Assembly: GCA_050247895.1 (NCBI GenBank)
Contig: JBFWTJ010000001.1
Location: 1-43,411 of the forward strand
Direction: 5' to 3'
Source: Acidimicrobiia bacterium
GTDB taxonomy: Bacteria; Actinomycetota; Acidimicrobiia; Acidimicrobiales; VFJN01
DNA: 43,411 bases
Made by a program: the position numbers and the translations under genes. How positions within the stretch are numbered: position 1 is the stretch's first letter; each line of letters starts with the position of its first letter. The notes beneath the pieces are model-generated. The model saw only the letters and a list, made by a program, of their open reading frames with translations. It did not search any database and was not told the origin of the DNA. Shown here piece after piece: positions 41,449 through 43,411 of the stretch.

Positions 41449-42509
41449 CGCCTCGTCTCCTGGAACAGCAGCCACACGAAGTAGACGCCGCCGACCGCGA
41501 CGGTGATCGCCCCCACCGGCAACTCCACCCAGAACAGGCGCTGGGCCATCAGGTCGCTCACCCCCAGCAGGCCGGCGCCCATCGCCATCGCCGCCGGAAC
41601 GGCCACCCCGGCGCTGCGCGTCAGGCGCCGGCCAAGCTGTGGTGCGGCCAACGCCACGAAGCCGATCGGCCCGCACACCGACGTGACGGTGGCGGTCAGC
41701 CCGACACCGACGAGCACAATCGCGACCCGTGTCGGGTTGAGACGGATGCCCAAGGCCGTGGCAGCATCGTCACCCATCTCGATCCACCGCAACGGCCGGG
41801 ACACGACCAAGGCCGCCGGCAGCAGCACCGCCAGCAGCAGGCCAGCCGCGCGAAGGTTGCCCCAAGTGATGCCGTTGAGCGTTCCGACCGCCCAGTAGCG
41901 CACCTGCTGGAGGCTGACGATCTCGCCGGAGCGGAGGGCCTTGACCAACAGGTACTGGTTGACCGCGGCGAGCATCGCCGACACGGCGATGCCCACGAGG
42001 ATCAGCCGGAACCCTTGCACCCCGCGCCGGTAGGCGAGCACGTAGACAGCGATCGCCGTGGCGATGCCGCCGATCAGCGCTCCCGCCGCTACCGACCCGG
42101 GCCCAGCCCGCAGCACGAGCAGCACCACCAGCGCCCCTGTCATCGCCCCGCTGTCGAAGCCGACCACGTCGGGACTGGCCAGCGGGTTGGCGGCGAGCGA
42201 CTGGAACAGGGCCCCCGATGCGCCGAGCGCGGCTCCGAACAGCAACGTGGCCAGCACGCGCGGCAAGCGCCAGTTGACCACGATCGAGTCCGCCAGCCCG
42301 TCCCGGTCTCCGAGCAATGCGCCGATCGCGTCGGTCAGCGGGATCGGGTACCCCCCGGTGATGAGCGCGATCGCCCCACACGAGATGGTCAAGCCCAGCA
42401 GGCCGAGCGTCACCAACGCGGCCCGGCGCTGGAACTTGACCGATCGTCGACCCGTCCGCCGTGAGACGACGATGGTGTCGGAAGGCAGGACTGAGCTGCG
42501 CTGGCTCAC
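41445..42509 (-). CDS. FecCD-family siderophore ABC permease
   Basis: 354 aa from GTG 42509 (GTGA overlap with the upstream stop). RLPRVLATLLFGAALGASGALFQSLAANPLASPDVVGF is the FecCD signature region. Confidence 0.9.
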   Translation of the reverse strand: MSQRSSVLPSDTIVVSRRTGRRSVKFQRRAALVTLGLLGLTISCGAIALITGGYPIPLTDAIGALLGDRDGLADSIVVNWRLPRVLATLLFGAALGASGALFQSLAANPLASPDVVGFDSGAMTGALVVLLVLRAGPGSVAAGALIGGIATAIAVYVLAYRRGVQGFRLILVGIAVSAMLAAVNQYLLVKALRSGEIVSLQQVRYWAVGTLNGITWGNLRAAGLLLAVLLPAALVVSRPLRWIEMGDDAATALGIRLNPTRVAIVLVGVGLTATVTSVCGPIGFVALAAPQLGRRLTRSAGVAVPAAMAMGAGLLGVSDLMAQRLFWVELPVGAITVAVGGVYFVWLLFQETRR

Positions 42510-43411
42510 AACTGCACCGTCCGGCGGCGACGCACGACGTAGATCAGCAGTGGGGCACCGACGAACGCCGTCACCACACCGACCGGCAGCTCGTCGGGCC
42601 GCACGATCGTGCGGCCGACGATGTCTGCCACCAACACAACGACGGGCGACAGCACGATCGTGTAGGCGAACACCCAACGCTGGTCGGGCCCGCAGATCCT
42701 CCGGGCGACGTGCGGCACGACGAACCCGACGAAGGCCACCGGGCCGCCTGCCGACGTGCCCCCGCCCGCCAGCAGGGTGACCGCCACCACCCCGGCGAGG
42801 CGGACTCGCCCGATGTCGGCGCCCAGCGCGCGGGCCAGGTCGTCACCTAGGGCGACCGCGTTGAGCGGCCGCGCCACCGCAAGCGCGATCACAGCGCCCA
42901 CCAGCACGAACGGCATGATGATCGTGAACACCGTCGGGTGCGGGTTGGCGATGCTGCCCACGGTCCACCGCGTCAGTTCGCGGAACGAGTCGGGGCGGAG
43001 GAACGTGAGGACCGTCGTCGAGCCACCGACGGCCGCGCCGAAGGCGATCCCGGCGACGGCCAGGCGCTCCGGCGTCGCCCCACCACGCCCGACCGAGCCG
43101 AGCGCATACACCAGCACCATCGCTCCGAGCGCCCCCGCGAATGAGAACCACACGAACGCGGCGGCGCTCGTCAGACCAACGAACACGACCGCGACCACCA
43201 GCATGAAACTCGCTCCGGCGTTGATCCCGAGAACCCCCGGGTCGGCGAGCGGGTTGCGCGTCATCGCCTGGATCAACGCGCCGGCGAGCCCCATCGCGGC
43301 GCCCACCAGGACGCCAGCAAACGTACGCGGCAGACGGACCTCGCGAATCGCACGGTGATCCATCGAACCGTCGGGGATGAACAGGGCCCGGAATGCGCTC
43401 CCGAACGGCAC
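42506..43411 (-). CDS. FecCD-family siderophore ABC permease (5' end beyond the window)
   Basis: RLPRTFAGVLVGAAMGLAGALIQAMTRNPLADPGVLGINAGA is the FecCD signature. The ORF runs off the right edge, so it is partial. Confidence 0.9.
   Translation of the reverse strand: MPFGSAFRALFIPDGSMDHRAIREVRLPRTFAGVLVGAAMGLAGALIQAMTRNPLADPGVLGINAGASFMLVVAVVFVGLTSAAAFVWFSFAGALGAMVLVYALGSVGRGGATPERLAVAGIAFGAAVGGSTTVLTFLRPDSFRELTRWTVGSIANPHPTVFTIIMPFVLVGAVIALAVARPLNAVALGDDLARALGADIGRVRLAGVVAVTLLAGGGTSAGGPVAFVGFVVPHVARRICGPDQRWVFAYTIVLSPVVVLVADIVGRTIVRPDELPVGVVTAFVGAPLLIYVVRRRRTVQL

Overview
Very high-GC (by eye above 70%) actinobacterial-type chromosomal window. I support about 34 CDS. I found no rRNA, tRNA, CRISPR array, transposase or integrase. 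All domain and family names come from reading the translations and from memory; no database was searched.

Layout, left to right:
1. A molybdopterin oxidoreductase, a MazEF-like toxin-antitoxin pair with atypical codon usage, and katG.
2. A dense redox/haem/copper neighbourhood: DUF488, DUF2249, a His-rich polytopic membrane protein, DUF59, a 1-Cys peroxiredoxin, a CysI-like sulfite/nitrite reductase, a MarR regulator, a ClC-CBS channel, a cupin, a protoglobin, a Cys-tailed MarR, a cupredoxin lipoprotein, a group III truncated haemoglobin and a CopD-like membrane protein.
3. A solitary P-loop ATPase + wHTH + PD-(D/E)xK nuclease gene with an AT-rich leaderless-type promoter and atypical codon usage.
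4. An ArsR-like regulator, divergent from the main item.
5. The main item: a 16.9-kb operon (20022-36958) of five translationally coupled giant ORFs of 1356, 1151, 938, 1656 and 544 aa. Only the first has recognisable domains (PhoD-like metallophosphoesterase plus a peptidoglycan-binding module). I consider it a candidate uncharacterised envelope-associated multiprotein system.
6. A minus-strand siderophore-type ABC importer (two FecCD permeases and an ATPase), followed by a heterodimeric exporter-fold ABC pair with one degenerate ATP site.

A related AT-rich motif (TTCTA ... CTAG/AAAC ... GGAGG) recurs upstream of five transcription units, including the giant operon. This suggests a shared regulatory element.

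Many very long Arg/Pro/Gly-rich ORFs in the six-frame track are antisense or out-of-frame shadows and were rejected.
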